Source: Protoeuglena noctilucae
Taxonomy: Eukaryota
Direction: 5' to 3'
DNA length: 64,000 nt
NCBI GenBank assembly: GCA_958009085.1
Contig: OY253683.1
Span: 744,001 to 808,000 of the forward strand
The position numbers were made by a program, and so were the translations under genes. Under the pieces are notes generated by a model. The model made no database searches. It worked only from the letters and a program-made list of their open reading frames with translations, and was not told the origin of the DNA. This document shows positions 35,904 through 46,474 of the stretch, piece after piece (positions within the stretch are counted from its first letter, which is position 1; each line of letters begins with the position of its first letter).

Positions 35904-38900
35904 TCCCATATCCCCTCACCGATATCTCCCCAACCCAGGTCCCCCACGTCCGCCTCCATCGCCGCCGGCACCGCCACCCGCTCCGCCAGTGCGCGCGTGT
36001 CAGAATTCGCATCAAAGGCCGCGATCGTCCCTGCCATGTCCGCCATATCTCTGAAAGTATCTGCCGTTGCCTCTCGTCTTTCCAATTGAAGCTGCACCTT
36101 GCGGGGGGGGATGGTGCCGGGAAGGGGGACGGAGAGGGAGCTGAGGAGCCGGCAGGAGTCCTGCATATGAGGGAAAGAGATATGTGTTCATGAGATTGTA
36201 AAGAGTTCTAATTATGGAATGAAGGGGGACGGAGAGGGAGCTGAGGAGCCGGCAGGAGTCCTGCATATGGGAAGGAAAGGGAGCAGTAATGGGATAAGGG
36301 TATTATGGATTAGTAAGTATTTGGATAGTTAATATGTATGCTAATATGTTGTAGTTACTGCAAGTCGCGCTACCACCCTCACTGCCGCCCTCAATGCAAC
36401 GCACCCTCACCCCTCCCTTCATACTACTCTCACAGCCCTTTCTTCTCAAGTAGCCCCCCCTTTCTCCCTCACCCTAATGGCCCCTCCACCCTCGTATGAC
36501 CCATTTCATACAACCCTTTCCTCTCTCATTAATCCCCTCTGCCTCACCCGTATGACCTCTCCCACTCTCACACAACCCATTTCAGACAACCCTTTCCTCT
36601 TTAATGAACCCCCCCCCCCCCCCTTCCCTCACCCGTATTGCCGCCCCCACCCCCTCTGCCACCCACAGTGCCACCCACCCTCACTGCCACCCACTCTCAG
36701 TATCACCCTCCCATATACCATACTCCCCATATCTGCTAACCTCCCTCACCCGTATCGCCTTCCCCACCCCCTCTGGCGGCGGCACTGCCAGAGTGCGTGC
36801 CAGCCACTGCCGTGCCAGCTTGCTGCCCTCGGCGGGGGGGAGCATCGCATCCACCAGCGAAGGGACGCCCTGGGGGGAGAAAGATAGTGTATAATAATAC
36901 ACTTTAATCATAGTTATAAGTATATCTCCAAACAATCACTACTGAGTACTTATCGAGGAATGACAACTATGTTAGTTATCATTATTATTATAATCTCAAC
37001 CCTCGCCTTGGTCAAGTGTATCCCCAGCTGCTCGGCGGTGGAGGTGCAACACCACCATCATTGGCCATTACAATCCACATAGTTACCACAATAATTGACA
37101 ACACATCTTAATGATTCTCGCCTTGGTCAGGTGTATCCCCAGCTGCTCGGCGGTCGAGGTGTACAGCTCCCTGGGCCGCGGCCCCCACCGCCCCGCCTGC
37201 ACCCCGGACCCCCCCAGACGGAACGTGCTGCGGAGGGACGGCGCCATATCGTGCTCCAGCAAGAGCCGCTCCAGCAGTCCCTCGCGCACTCCCAAAGGGC
37301 CCTCGCCCAGGCTGCGATGGGGGAGAAGGGGAGGTAATATGATTGATTTGCGGTGATTAAGACGTGAATGCGTCCGATTACAATGATAATGCTTATAATA
37401 TTGTGTCCATTTACTCCGTCATCACTCCACACCCACACCATAACAACAGCAACCATAACCCTTCACCTGTCGAACACCTTGGTCCTGACACCGTACTCCC
37501 GACACAGGTCTCTGGCGCGCCGGTGCCAGGAACGCTCCGGGGGCACCAGGGATACCCTCGTGTCCTGGCGCATCGATGAAACGCCAGACCCGCGGTGCAG
37601 GTAAACGTCAGAGACGCTGCCGCGCGCCAGGCGGGCGCTGGGGGGTGGGGGGGTGGGGTGGGTGTTACTAGTATTACTACAAGTAAAGCGGGGGCATTGA
37701 CTACAACTAATGAAAGATTTATTGTTAATGCCATACCCCAACTGCGCTCACCGCACTCCGTCCTCGGTCTGCTGCGCGCTCTCTCGGTACTTGCGATCGT
37801 AGATGTCCACCTCCAGCACACTGCAAGGGATGGGGGTTGCATTGACAGGGGTGGTCTGTACATAGTCTGTACATAGGACTAAAAACTGGTATCGCAGCAG
37901 TAGTGAGGGTACGTGCTCGCACGCCACTCATTGGTGTTTTAAACAATGAATCAGCGGAGCAACAGTCGATGCTCACTAGTGTCATCATTGCTGAATTAGA
38001 TATCACACGATATCGCTGTCCCTCGCCTGTACCCGCTGGCGTCGTACGCCAGCCCCATCACCCACTGCCCGCTCATTGCCGTGAAGACGTCGTCCTCGTC
38101 CTCATCGAAACCTGAGAATGGAATATGAAATATTAATAAATAATTATTCATATCATCTACTGCTAGCTCCCAATGATACCCTCTGTTATCATCATCACTG
38201 CCACCCCACAACACCGCCCCTCTCCCCACACCCCTCAACCCCCCACAACCCCCCGCAACCCAACAACCACCTCCCTCACCATCCCACAACCTCACAACAC
38301 CCCCAACGCCCCCAACTCGCTCACCCCCCACCGCCCGCACGCGCGGGATGACCGGGCAAGCGCGCGTGACGGGACGCAGCCCCACGCGCTTCATCTTGAC
38401 AGGCCCCTTTGTTGCTTTTTTTGAACTCAAATTCGAATTTGAACCCTCGCTGTTGGTCACGTCTTCGATCCCCGCCTCCTCCTCCCCCACCAGCCCTTGT
38501 TGGACGTACATCTTGACTGACAGCCCCGCTGCCAGAATCTGCCTGACGCGGCCCTGGTAGCCCACGATGGGGAAGCCGGCGGCCAGGCGCTGACCCATGG
38601 GGCGCAGGGTGCAGTGCTGTGGGGGGAGAGGAGCGGGGGTTGTGGGATGGGGTGAGGGGTTGCGGTGAGCGAGGTGAGGTGTGGGGTGAGAGACGCGTCG
38701 GGTAAAAGGTGCAGTGTGATAATAAACCTTTTTATCCACATGCCTCACACCATATGCACAGAGTGTTCTGCTCTATCCACATCATCACGCCACATCATCG
38801 CCACCCTCATTCTCACCGCCATCAACATCACCGCGTCGATGCCCACCGCATCACACGATCCATTGCATCTTAAAAACCACTGCACATCCAAATACTACTG

Positions 38901-39844
38901 CACAGAACGTGCTGCCACCACCTGGCAACCTCACCTCCATCAGCACGACCGCGTCGATGCCCACCACCATCCATCGCATCACACTACCACTCCCCACCGC
39001 ATTCCACAACATATCCAGCCACCACCCCTCTCACCTCCATCAACATCACCGCGTCGATGCCCACCGCCTCAAAGAAGTTCCCCAGCTGCACCAGCAGCAC
39101 CTTATCGGGATCCGCCCTCTTCCACTGAAAGAACTCCCCCCGAAGATTCTGCACGGCGCCGGCGGGAGTTGAGGGCAGGCCCAGGCAGTTGGACCAGTCG
39201 ATCTGAGACGCCGAACGACGCGCCTCCATGCTTTGCAATGTGGCCACCTGCTGCTGCCAGTACTGCCGGTGGTCCTCGCTGCGGCGGGAGGAGGTGGTGT
39301 AAGAGGGGTCGGCGTGGTGGGGGTTATGAGGGTGAGGAGGGTGGTTGTTGGTAATGCGGAGGAACGCGAAGGAACGATGACGGGTGTGTGATTGCAGGTG
39401 CATGCGGCTCGCGCATGTGACTGCTTAAACCAACTAACAGACGCACCTGGGCCAGGATTGGTCGTCGGTGACTGCGGTGCGGCTGCGGGGTGCGGCGGCG
39501 CGGACGGCGGAGGCGGGGAGGGGTGGACGGGTGAACGCGCCCCGGGACAACGCGGCCGGGAGAGGGCCTCGACGCAGTACGTGGTCCGCATCGTAATCTA
39601 TAGCACGTGAGAACGCCGACGGCGGCCTGCGCGGGGCGGGGAAGGGGCGCGTCGAGCGGCGCACGGGATCAGCAGGCTGCGGCGCCCACGCTGCGGGGCC
39701 TAGAGCGCCCGCGCACCCTCCGCTGGGCGGACCCTGGAAAGCATCGAATCGGTTGTATCGGCTCCGACCGGGAGGTGCGTCCGGACGTCCCCCGGCGAGG
39801 CCCAGGCCGCCGCGCAGGAGGGCAGCCGCGCGTCTCGTTGCCAT
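30452..39844 (-). CDS. MSH1: Organellar MutS homologue 1 with C-terminal GIY-YIG endonuclease domain (many exons)
   Basis: Mismatch-binding VLLVQLGNFFEAVGIDAVML, Walker A ITGPNMGGKSSLLRS, SSFAVEM, VLIDELGKGT, GIY-YIG VYLLRRSGDGRFYCGETDNLAQRLAQH...GKSKAR. The N-terminus is Arg/Ala-rich and targeting-like. Confidence 0.93.
35782..35903. repeat. (AAT)n microsatellite with embedded poly(A) run in an MSH1 intron
   Basis: Direct observation of aataataat... and an A-run of about 17 nt. Confidence 0.95.
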
Positions 39845-40232
39845 GGGTGGGCGGCCGGGATCGGATCGGCCGTCCCGCATCGCTCGCCGGCCGCGAGTGC
39901 TCCTATGCGTCGATCCGTCACGGCAGCTCGCCCATCGCGGGCACGCGGGCGCCGGGAACGCGCTACCTAAGTCTCGGGCGTCGGCGAGGCTGACGCGGCG
40001 AGACAAAAGCGGCAGACGCGAGATGAGTGGCTGGACGAGATCTATGGTAAAGTTTCCAAGGCACCGCGGTGGTTTTCTGGCTTCCCGACCGCCTCCGCGC
40101 GACGCATTGCCCCCGCAACGCAAGCAAGCATGGTGCGGCACGGGGGTCCGCGATGAGTGCCGCGGCCCCTGTGCAGGATCCCATCACTCGCGCTCCCCGA
40201 CTGCGACCTCATGCTACGTGCTCAGGTCCTGC

Positions 40233-41346
40233 ATGGACCTTCTGCGCGCCTATTCGGACTCGGGCTCGGAATCCACTGCTTCTGAAGCTGCCTCCTGCGC
40301 TCGCGCGGACGATGGGGACTCTGTGACTGGGACTGTCGCGTCCGTCGGCAATGAACCTCGCGATGTGATAGCGGAGATCGGGGCGGGCCCGGCAGGGGCG
40401 CCGGCCCCTCCCGCGGACCGCCTGGCGCACATCTACGTCGCCCTGGAGCCGCCCGACGCCTGGTTAGCCGCGCTTCGGCGCTTCCTCGACGATATGCAGC
40501 GAATATTGGGACCATCCATTGCACTGCACCGGCTGGGGGCGGCAGCGACCGGGCGCAGTGACGCGTCTTCGTCCAATGCCAGCCCCGGCCTCCACATCAG
40601 CCTGTCCAGGTGCGATGGGGCGCCCACGATGCGCACGGACGCTGCATGTGCCTGGCGCGGCGGCGCTTGATGCCGGACGCGGCGCCGAATGTCGCCAGAC
40701 GCCCGCTGATGTCTGCAGCTGTCCATTAGCCGCCCATTCTCGCCGAAAAACCCGCAGGGCCTTCCGCATGGAGCACTCATTTGTCGATCTCCTCGTCCAC
40801 GAGGTGCGCCAGACGTGCGCCTCTCACCGTCCCTTCCCGATGGCCTTCGCCCAATTCATTCCCCTCCTCAACGACTCCAAATCCAAGACCTTCGTCTGTT
40901 TCGTAGTCGGCAAGGTGCGCAGTGATTGCGATTAACCTCGCGAAGCGCCCCGCTCCTCCATCCGATCGTCACCCGAGCAACCACGCGTCGCCCGCACATC
41001 GCACGCTGCATCATAGCAAACAGCCCGCGCCGCTTCCTGCGCCCAGGGCCGCCAGGAGGCCACCGCGCTGATACGCTCTCTGGATCGCGCATTGGGGGAG
41101 CTCAACTTGCCGGCATACTACGCAGAGGCCATCCCTCACGTCAGCGTGGCGTGGGTGGAGGGCGACGCGCGCGACAAGGTGCGCGAGGCGATTGCGGCGG
41201 CGTGGCCGGGCGAGGCGGGGGAGGGCGGGATCGGGCTGAGCGCGTGGGAGGTCCCGGCGGAGACTGCGACGGTGCAGGTGGGGGTCAAGCGGCACTTGGC
41301 GGCCGTTGGTAAGCTGGATCGAAAGCGCAAGCGTCCGAGGGACTGA
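40233..41346 (+). CDS. USB1: U6 snRNA phosphodiesterase (2H family)
   Basis: N-terminus MDLLRAYSDS, two HxS motifs (LHISLSR, PHVSVAW), LLNDSKSKTFVCF and LNLPAYY. Confidence 0.9.
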
Positions 41347-41639
41347 CGCGGTGCGTCCCCTCGCATCCCGCGGGGCGACAGTAGGAGAACAGGAGAGCGG
41401 CAAGACCTGATAGCTGTTGCTAACACACATGCAAACACAGCCACGCCCATGACGCATGCCCTTGTCGCTCGTTGCGTGCGCTGTAGCGACTGCTGTCGGC
41501 AGTGCAGTGCACTTGAGGTTGTAAGGGTACTTAGCAGTCAGACGCTGTCAATCGACATAGAGAGGACGGACCATGGAACGTCGCAACGTGTGTTGCACAC
41601 GCTTGCAACACAAGCGACGTTGCAGCCGAGCCCGCCACC

Positions 41640-42326
41640 TCAGTCCTCATCCAGCAGCCCCGCGCGCCTCAGCACGGAGCGCCGGTATCGAGCGACGCGC
41701 TCCTCCAGAGGAGCTTTGGGGGGCTTGGCCGGAAGCGTGGGCGCCCCGTTCGCGCCCGCGGCCTCCAGAGCCAACAGCACCGTCTCAGCCGCGTCCCTGC
41801 GCTCGGCCTCTTTATGCTCCAGGTATGCCTTCAGGTCATCGGGGACTGTGGCGACGCTGCGAGCGCACGGAAGGATGCGAGTTGGCGTGCTGCGGGCGAG
41901 CGCTTCATTTCGAAACCCGCACGAGCCGCGCGGCGCAAGAGCGGCTCGACATGCATTTATTACACATGTATACAGCACATGCGACTGCATAACGAGGACA
42001 TCGTGGCCCCAGGCGCCGCACCTGGGTTGGGGCGGAGGCGCGTTCCACGAACGGTAGTCGGGGTCCGCCTTGTCCCAGTCGCCTCGCACCTTGTGCAGTT
42101 CTCGTGTCAGAGATCGCAGCTCGTCCAGGGCAGCGATCTGGGGGCGCGGGGGGCTCAGCGGCTCAGAAAACCCGTTGGTCTTCCCGCGCCTCGTTCGCGC
42201 GCGCGCGGGGGACTATGCACGCGAGGTGGCGTCCAATGCGTTGCTGCTACGCTCGAGTACCTGGCTGGGGTCGCTGCTGTCGATGCGTCTCTCGAAGTCG
42301 CGGAGGGAGGCGTCCAGGTTCTCCAT
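41640..42326 (-). CDS. Hypothetical protein, about 130 aa, helical
   Basis: Three exons with consistent phases: MENLDASLRDFERRIDSSDPSQ|IAALDELRSL...PPQPS|VATVPDDLKAYLEH...GLLDED*. Confidence 0.6.
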
Positions 42327-42502
42327 GATGTACTCTTCGACTGCCACTCAGCCCCGAGGCGTCCAGGCGGTTAACTGGGCGTGTCACGTGTGCTTTGGAG
42401 GCATTGTCACCGCGTCGGGGAGAGGACAGAGACCATCCTGGGCCTGGGCGGGCAGGGCTTTGTGCGCCAGAATTGCTTAGCTTCAAAATGCGGCTCTGCA
42501 AT

Positions 42503-44254
42503 TCAGCCGAACATGCCCCTGCTCTTCTTGGGCCTCTCCGGCTCCGGCTGCAGCTTCTTGAGCACCGAGGACGCCTTGCTCATGTCCCCCGTCTTGAAGG
42601 CCAGCTGTGCCTCGGAAAGCATCATGCGCTGCCGGCGCATCTCGTCGGCCTTGCCCGATGCACGCAGCTCCTCGTAAGCCTGCGGGCGGCGACAACTTGC
42701 GAAATTCGCTCACGCAATCCGAGTTTGTCAGTCGGGCCACAGCTGCTGACACCAACCCAGACACACACCCATGCGCACCACCCCTCCGCCTTCCCCCTTC
42801 GACCACCTTCTAACACCCACCACACCCACCCACCAAAGCACCCTCTTCACCTTTCGAATCTTCTCTTCCTTCTCCTTCCGCCGCTCCTCCTCGACCTCTC
42901 GCTCCCGCGACACCCCCGCCCCGTCCGCCCCTCCCACCTCCCCCGCACTGCCCCCGCCCCCGTCCCGCCCGTCCACCACCGCGATCCCGTGCAGCCGCGC
43001 GAACTTCAATGCCTTCCGGCGCTCGTACTCCGCCAGATCGTAGTACTTGCGGTGCGGGAGGGACGCCGTGTTGTAAGCCTCGACGAAGCGCGCGAAGAGC
43101 GCCTGCTCGTCGCGCCGGGTCAGGTTGTCCACGTCCTTGCCGAGCGCCTCGCGCGCCCACAGAGTGAACTCCGGCCGCTTGTACTCGTAGTCGGCGTCCG
43201 CATAGATGATGCCGTAGCGACCCGCCTCGGCGCGCGGGCTGCGGCTGCGGCTGCGGCTCCTGCGCAGAAAAGCAAGACCGGGACGCGTTCCGTAGCGCGT
43301 GCAAGCTAGCGACAGGCAACGCTGCAACAATGGGAATAAATGGAATCGCTCCCATCATGGCCGCGACTTCGGCTGCACCCGCGATGGCTCGTAAAACGCC
43401 TCACCTTCTGCTCCGTTTCCTGTCCCGCTTCTCTCGCTTGTCCTTCTTCTCTTTCTTGTCCTTTTTCTCCCGCTTCTCCCTCTTGGACCGCTTCCGGCTC
43501 CGCCCAGGGCTCACAGACCCGTCCCGCCCGTGCTTGCCGCGGCCCCGGCGCCCCCGCGAGCCGTCGTCCGAATCGGAGCCGGAGGTACCTGCATAAGTAG
43601 AAGAGGAATTTGTGAGGATGTTTGACGTGGAGCGCGGGCCTCGAGATAACACGCAGTGAGGCCCAACGCGGGGCCAGCGCGACGAACCAGACGAACAGGG
43701 CCCCAGAAGACGTCATGCGACACCATATCAGGCCTCGAGCGGCATGTATCGCAACCGCCGCACGCACCTGCGCCCCCTCCGCGCTCGGCCTCGCGCCGCT
43801 GCAGGAAGTCGGCGCGACGCTGGAGGAGCTGGGCTAGCTGGTCCGGGTGCCGCGCCTGGAACTTCCGCAGCAACTCCAGCGCCTCGTCCGCGTTAAAGTT
43901 GGTCTCTTCCAGCGCCATCGCACGCGCCAGCTTCCCGATCTCGGGCACGAGAGCGTGCAGTTTGCGTGTCGCGATCTCCCTCCGCGCCTGCGGGGGAGGA
44001 GAGGGTATGCATGCGACTCGCGGATTACATGCTAGAACGTCTTCAGCATGGGCACAACTCTGCGCTTGAAAGACGAGCTGGCGCGGCGCTGCAGGGAGGC
44101 ACGCGGTCGCGAGCTCGAAGCGACCGCGCCGGCCCCCCGCGCAAAGCCTCACCCGCTCCAATCGCTCGCGATGCTTCTCAAGCATCGTCGAGCCCTTGTC
44201 GGCCTCCGGGCGGGGCGCCATGGAGGGCCCCGCCTCGGCCTGTGGCGCAGCCAT
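42503..44254 (-). CDS. Nuclear K/R/S-rich protein with N-terminal CUE/UBA-like helical domain and conserved EF..W...F..FVE.YN...LP..KYY domain (SCI1-like)
   Basis: ALEETNFNADEALELL, KREKKDKKEKK, SRSRSRSP, GRYGII, RPEFTLWAREA, LFARFVEAYNTASLPHRKYYDL, coiled-coil end ...KKSRGMFG*. Confidence 0.65.
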
Positions 44255-44519
44255 CGGGACAGCGCTCCGTGAAGCGCCGGGGGGCCGGGCCGCCTCGCCA
44301 CGCCCAAGGCAAGTCTCTCTCGCTTAGTTCTTGCTATGGGGAAACAGAATTGGCAGGAACAGGCTTTGCGGAAGCCAGACGGGATTCGCGGGGTTGCACA
44401 GTGGTCCTAGCGCGACACAAGCTCAGGAGAGCCCCTGGCAGGCATGCGTTGATGGAAGAATGCATGCCCGGCGACGCCACTTCAAGGGAGTTGGCGCCGC
44501 TGGGAGGCAGTCGGGCAGG

Positions 44520-45373
44520 TCAATCTGCCACGCAACACGCTGTGCGGCCCATCACAAATAAAAAACTTGGCAAATCTATCTGCAACTCTTCTAAGCCTCT
44601 ACATGGCCATCGACCCCATCGACGACCATCACAATTCGCGTAAGGTTTGTGCGTCCTCGGGTATTGGGGTCGGGGTCGGAATAGGGGGCGGTGGGTCGCG
44701 GGGAAGCGCCTTGGGCAGGGACCTCCAGCGATACCCAGCGATGGTGGTAAGCCTAATGAAAGCGTATACGACAGACACTGTAAAGAAGACCCAAAGGAGC
44801 ACGAAGAGCTGGAAGCAGAGGCCGGCGCGTAACCTGCGGGGGGCTCGACGCGCTCATCACGCTCTGCAGCTGCCCCTTGGGACGTCCGTGAAGTCTTGCA
44901 AGCCTCTCATGGTGTCATCGTGCATACATTCTACGTATCGCGCACACTCACGCTTTCCGTCGCTTCTCCGTCTCCTTATTCGACACGGCCACGCCCGCGA
45001 GGCTCGTCTCTACGGCCTGTTCCGTGTCGTCCAGGTACCGCGCGCGCTCGTCGAGCTTGCCGTGGACCGCGAGTGCGCTGAGCTTGAGCCTGCGTGAGCG
45101 GAGAGCGCTGCTTTCGCTTCCGGAGACCACGAGTTGGCCCGTCCGGCCCGCCCTCGATGCTGTCGAGCCAGCGGGCGCAAAGGCGCTCATGCCGTCGTGC
45201 CTATGATCTCACCTGCTGGCTAACTCGACGAGCTCGTCGGTGATGGCATCCTGGAGCGCCCGCTGCGCGTCAAGGCCAGGCTGGGATGGCCTGGCCTCCG
45301 CGACCGGCTCCCCCTTCGCGTCCTCGGTCATCCAGGGACGACGATACCACTGTTCTGAGGGTGTTGCAGCCAT
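44520..45373 (-). CDS. USE1: USE1-like ER Qc-SNARE
   Basis: The spliced LQDAITDELVELASR|LKLSALAVHGKLDERARYLDDTEQAVETSLAGV...|LCFQLFVLLWVFFTVSVVYAFIRLT resembles the plant USE1 SNARE motif plus TM anchor. Confidence 0.75.
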
Positions 45374-45542
45374 GGGTCCGCTTCATAGCGGCGGAATGGC
45401 TCGTGTCCCTGGCACGGGGGCACTGTCCTGGCGAGGGCATAGCAGAAAACACGGCATTGCTCGCTGACATCGATGCACACTCCCCACTGCACCGTGACAC
45501 TGCTCCGCATCTCTCAAGCCTGAAGGTGCTCTCGCATCAGCC
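45374..45542. promoter_or_regulatory. Putative bidirectional promoter between USE1-like and secreted EF-hand gene
   Basis: Divergent start codons only 169 nt apart. Confidence 0.45.
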
Positions 45543-46286
45543 ATGCAGCGCCTCATCCTGGCCGTGTTCGCCCTTCTGGCGATGGCAGCGTCCGCGCTGG
45601 CTTACGCACCGGATCACGATCTGGACGGTGAGGCAGGACGCGGGGCCCGGCACACGACCGGCTGTCCATGGAGCGTAGAGGACAGCTTTCCCCTCGCGCG
45701 GACGCTTCTCTCTGGGCCCGAGCGCGAACCTGCTTGTCTCATCTTGCGTGTCACGTGTTCATAACGCTATCGCTCGCTCCATGCCGCGCGTCCTGCGCTC
45801 CTCGCCGTCGATCGGGCACATCCGGTTCGGTGCCCTCAGGGGATGGCTGCCTCAACTTCAGGGAGATCGTTTACTCGGTGCAGAACGACGAGCACATTGA
45901 CGACGAGGAGACGGCCGAGTGGTGAGCGCGCGGGGCCCGAGATGGGACGCCTGCCGCGCGGATGGGACGCGAGCATGCACCGATGTTTGCGGCTCGGCTG
46001 GAAGCGATGGCGACCCCGCTGCCCCCCCGCGTCGCCCGCAGCGTCGTCACGGTCGCGCTGGTGCAGCTGGGCAAGACCGAGATCTGCCTGAGTAAGCGAC
46101 GCTTGGCCGGAGCAGCGCAGGACCGCGCTGGCACCGCGGTCAGCGCTGGCACCGAGTTCGCGCGACCCACGCCTCGCCGCTCCTCGCTTCCCCGCAGACG
46201 AGCTCGAGATCACCAAGAGCCGCAACAAGGTCGTCGACGCCATGCGCGCCGGCGCCGACGCGTGCGGCGTGACCCTCACCGTGTGA
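45543..46286 (+). CDS. Small secreted EF-hand-loop protein (101 aa, 4 Cys), four exons
   Basis: Spliced product: MQRLILAVFALLAMAASALAYAPDHDLDGDGCLNFREIVYSVQNDEHIDDEETAECVVTVALVQLGKTEICLNELEITKSRNKVVDAMRAGADACGVTLTV*. All three introns are GT-AG with matching phases. Confidence 0.75.
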
Positions 46287-46474
46287 TGCAGCCGTGTGTG
46301 ATGCGCGATGTGCGGCGCTGCGGTGCGCGGCGCTGCGCCCCGGCGCCTCGCGTGATCATCGCATAGGGATTCAGGTTCGCAGATACTCGTTGGCCAAGGA
46401 GGTGCACGCATTTGAACGTTAGGTCGAGGTCGAGGCCCAGCTAAGGGCAGGAGCAGCACCACTACAGTGGTCAT

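Noticed and set aside
35598..36166. Poly-Ile/poly-Leu ORFs as membrane proteins
   Set aside because: They are translations of the intronic (AAT)n microsatellite.
41640..45373. Three close same-strand genes (gaps about 265 and 176 nt) as a polycistron
   Set aside because: The upstream ORFs and spacers contain several ATGs, unlike the gluconokinase-COQ2 case; compact spacing suffices.
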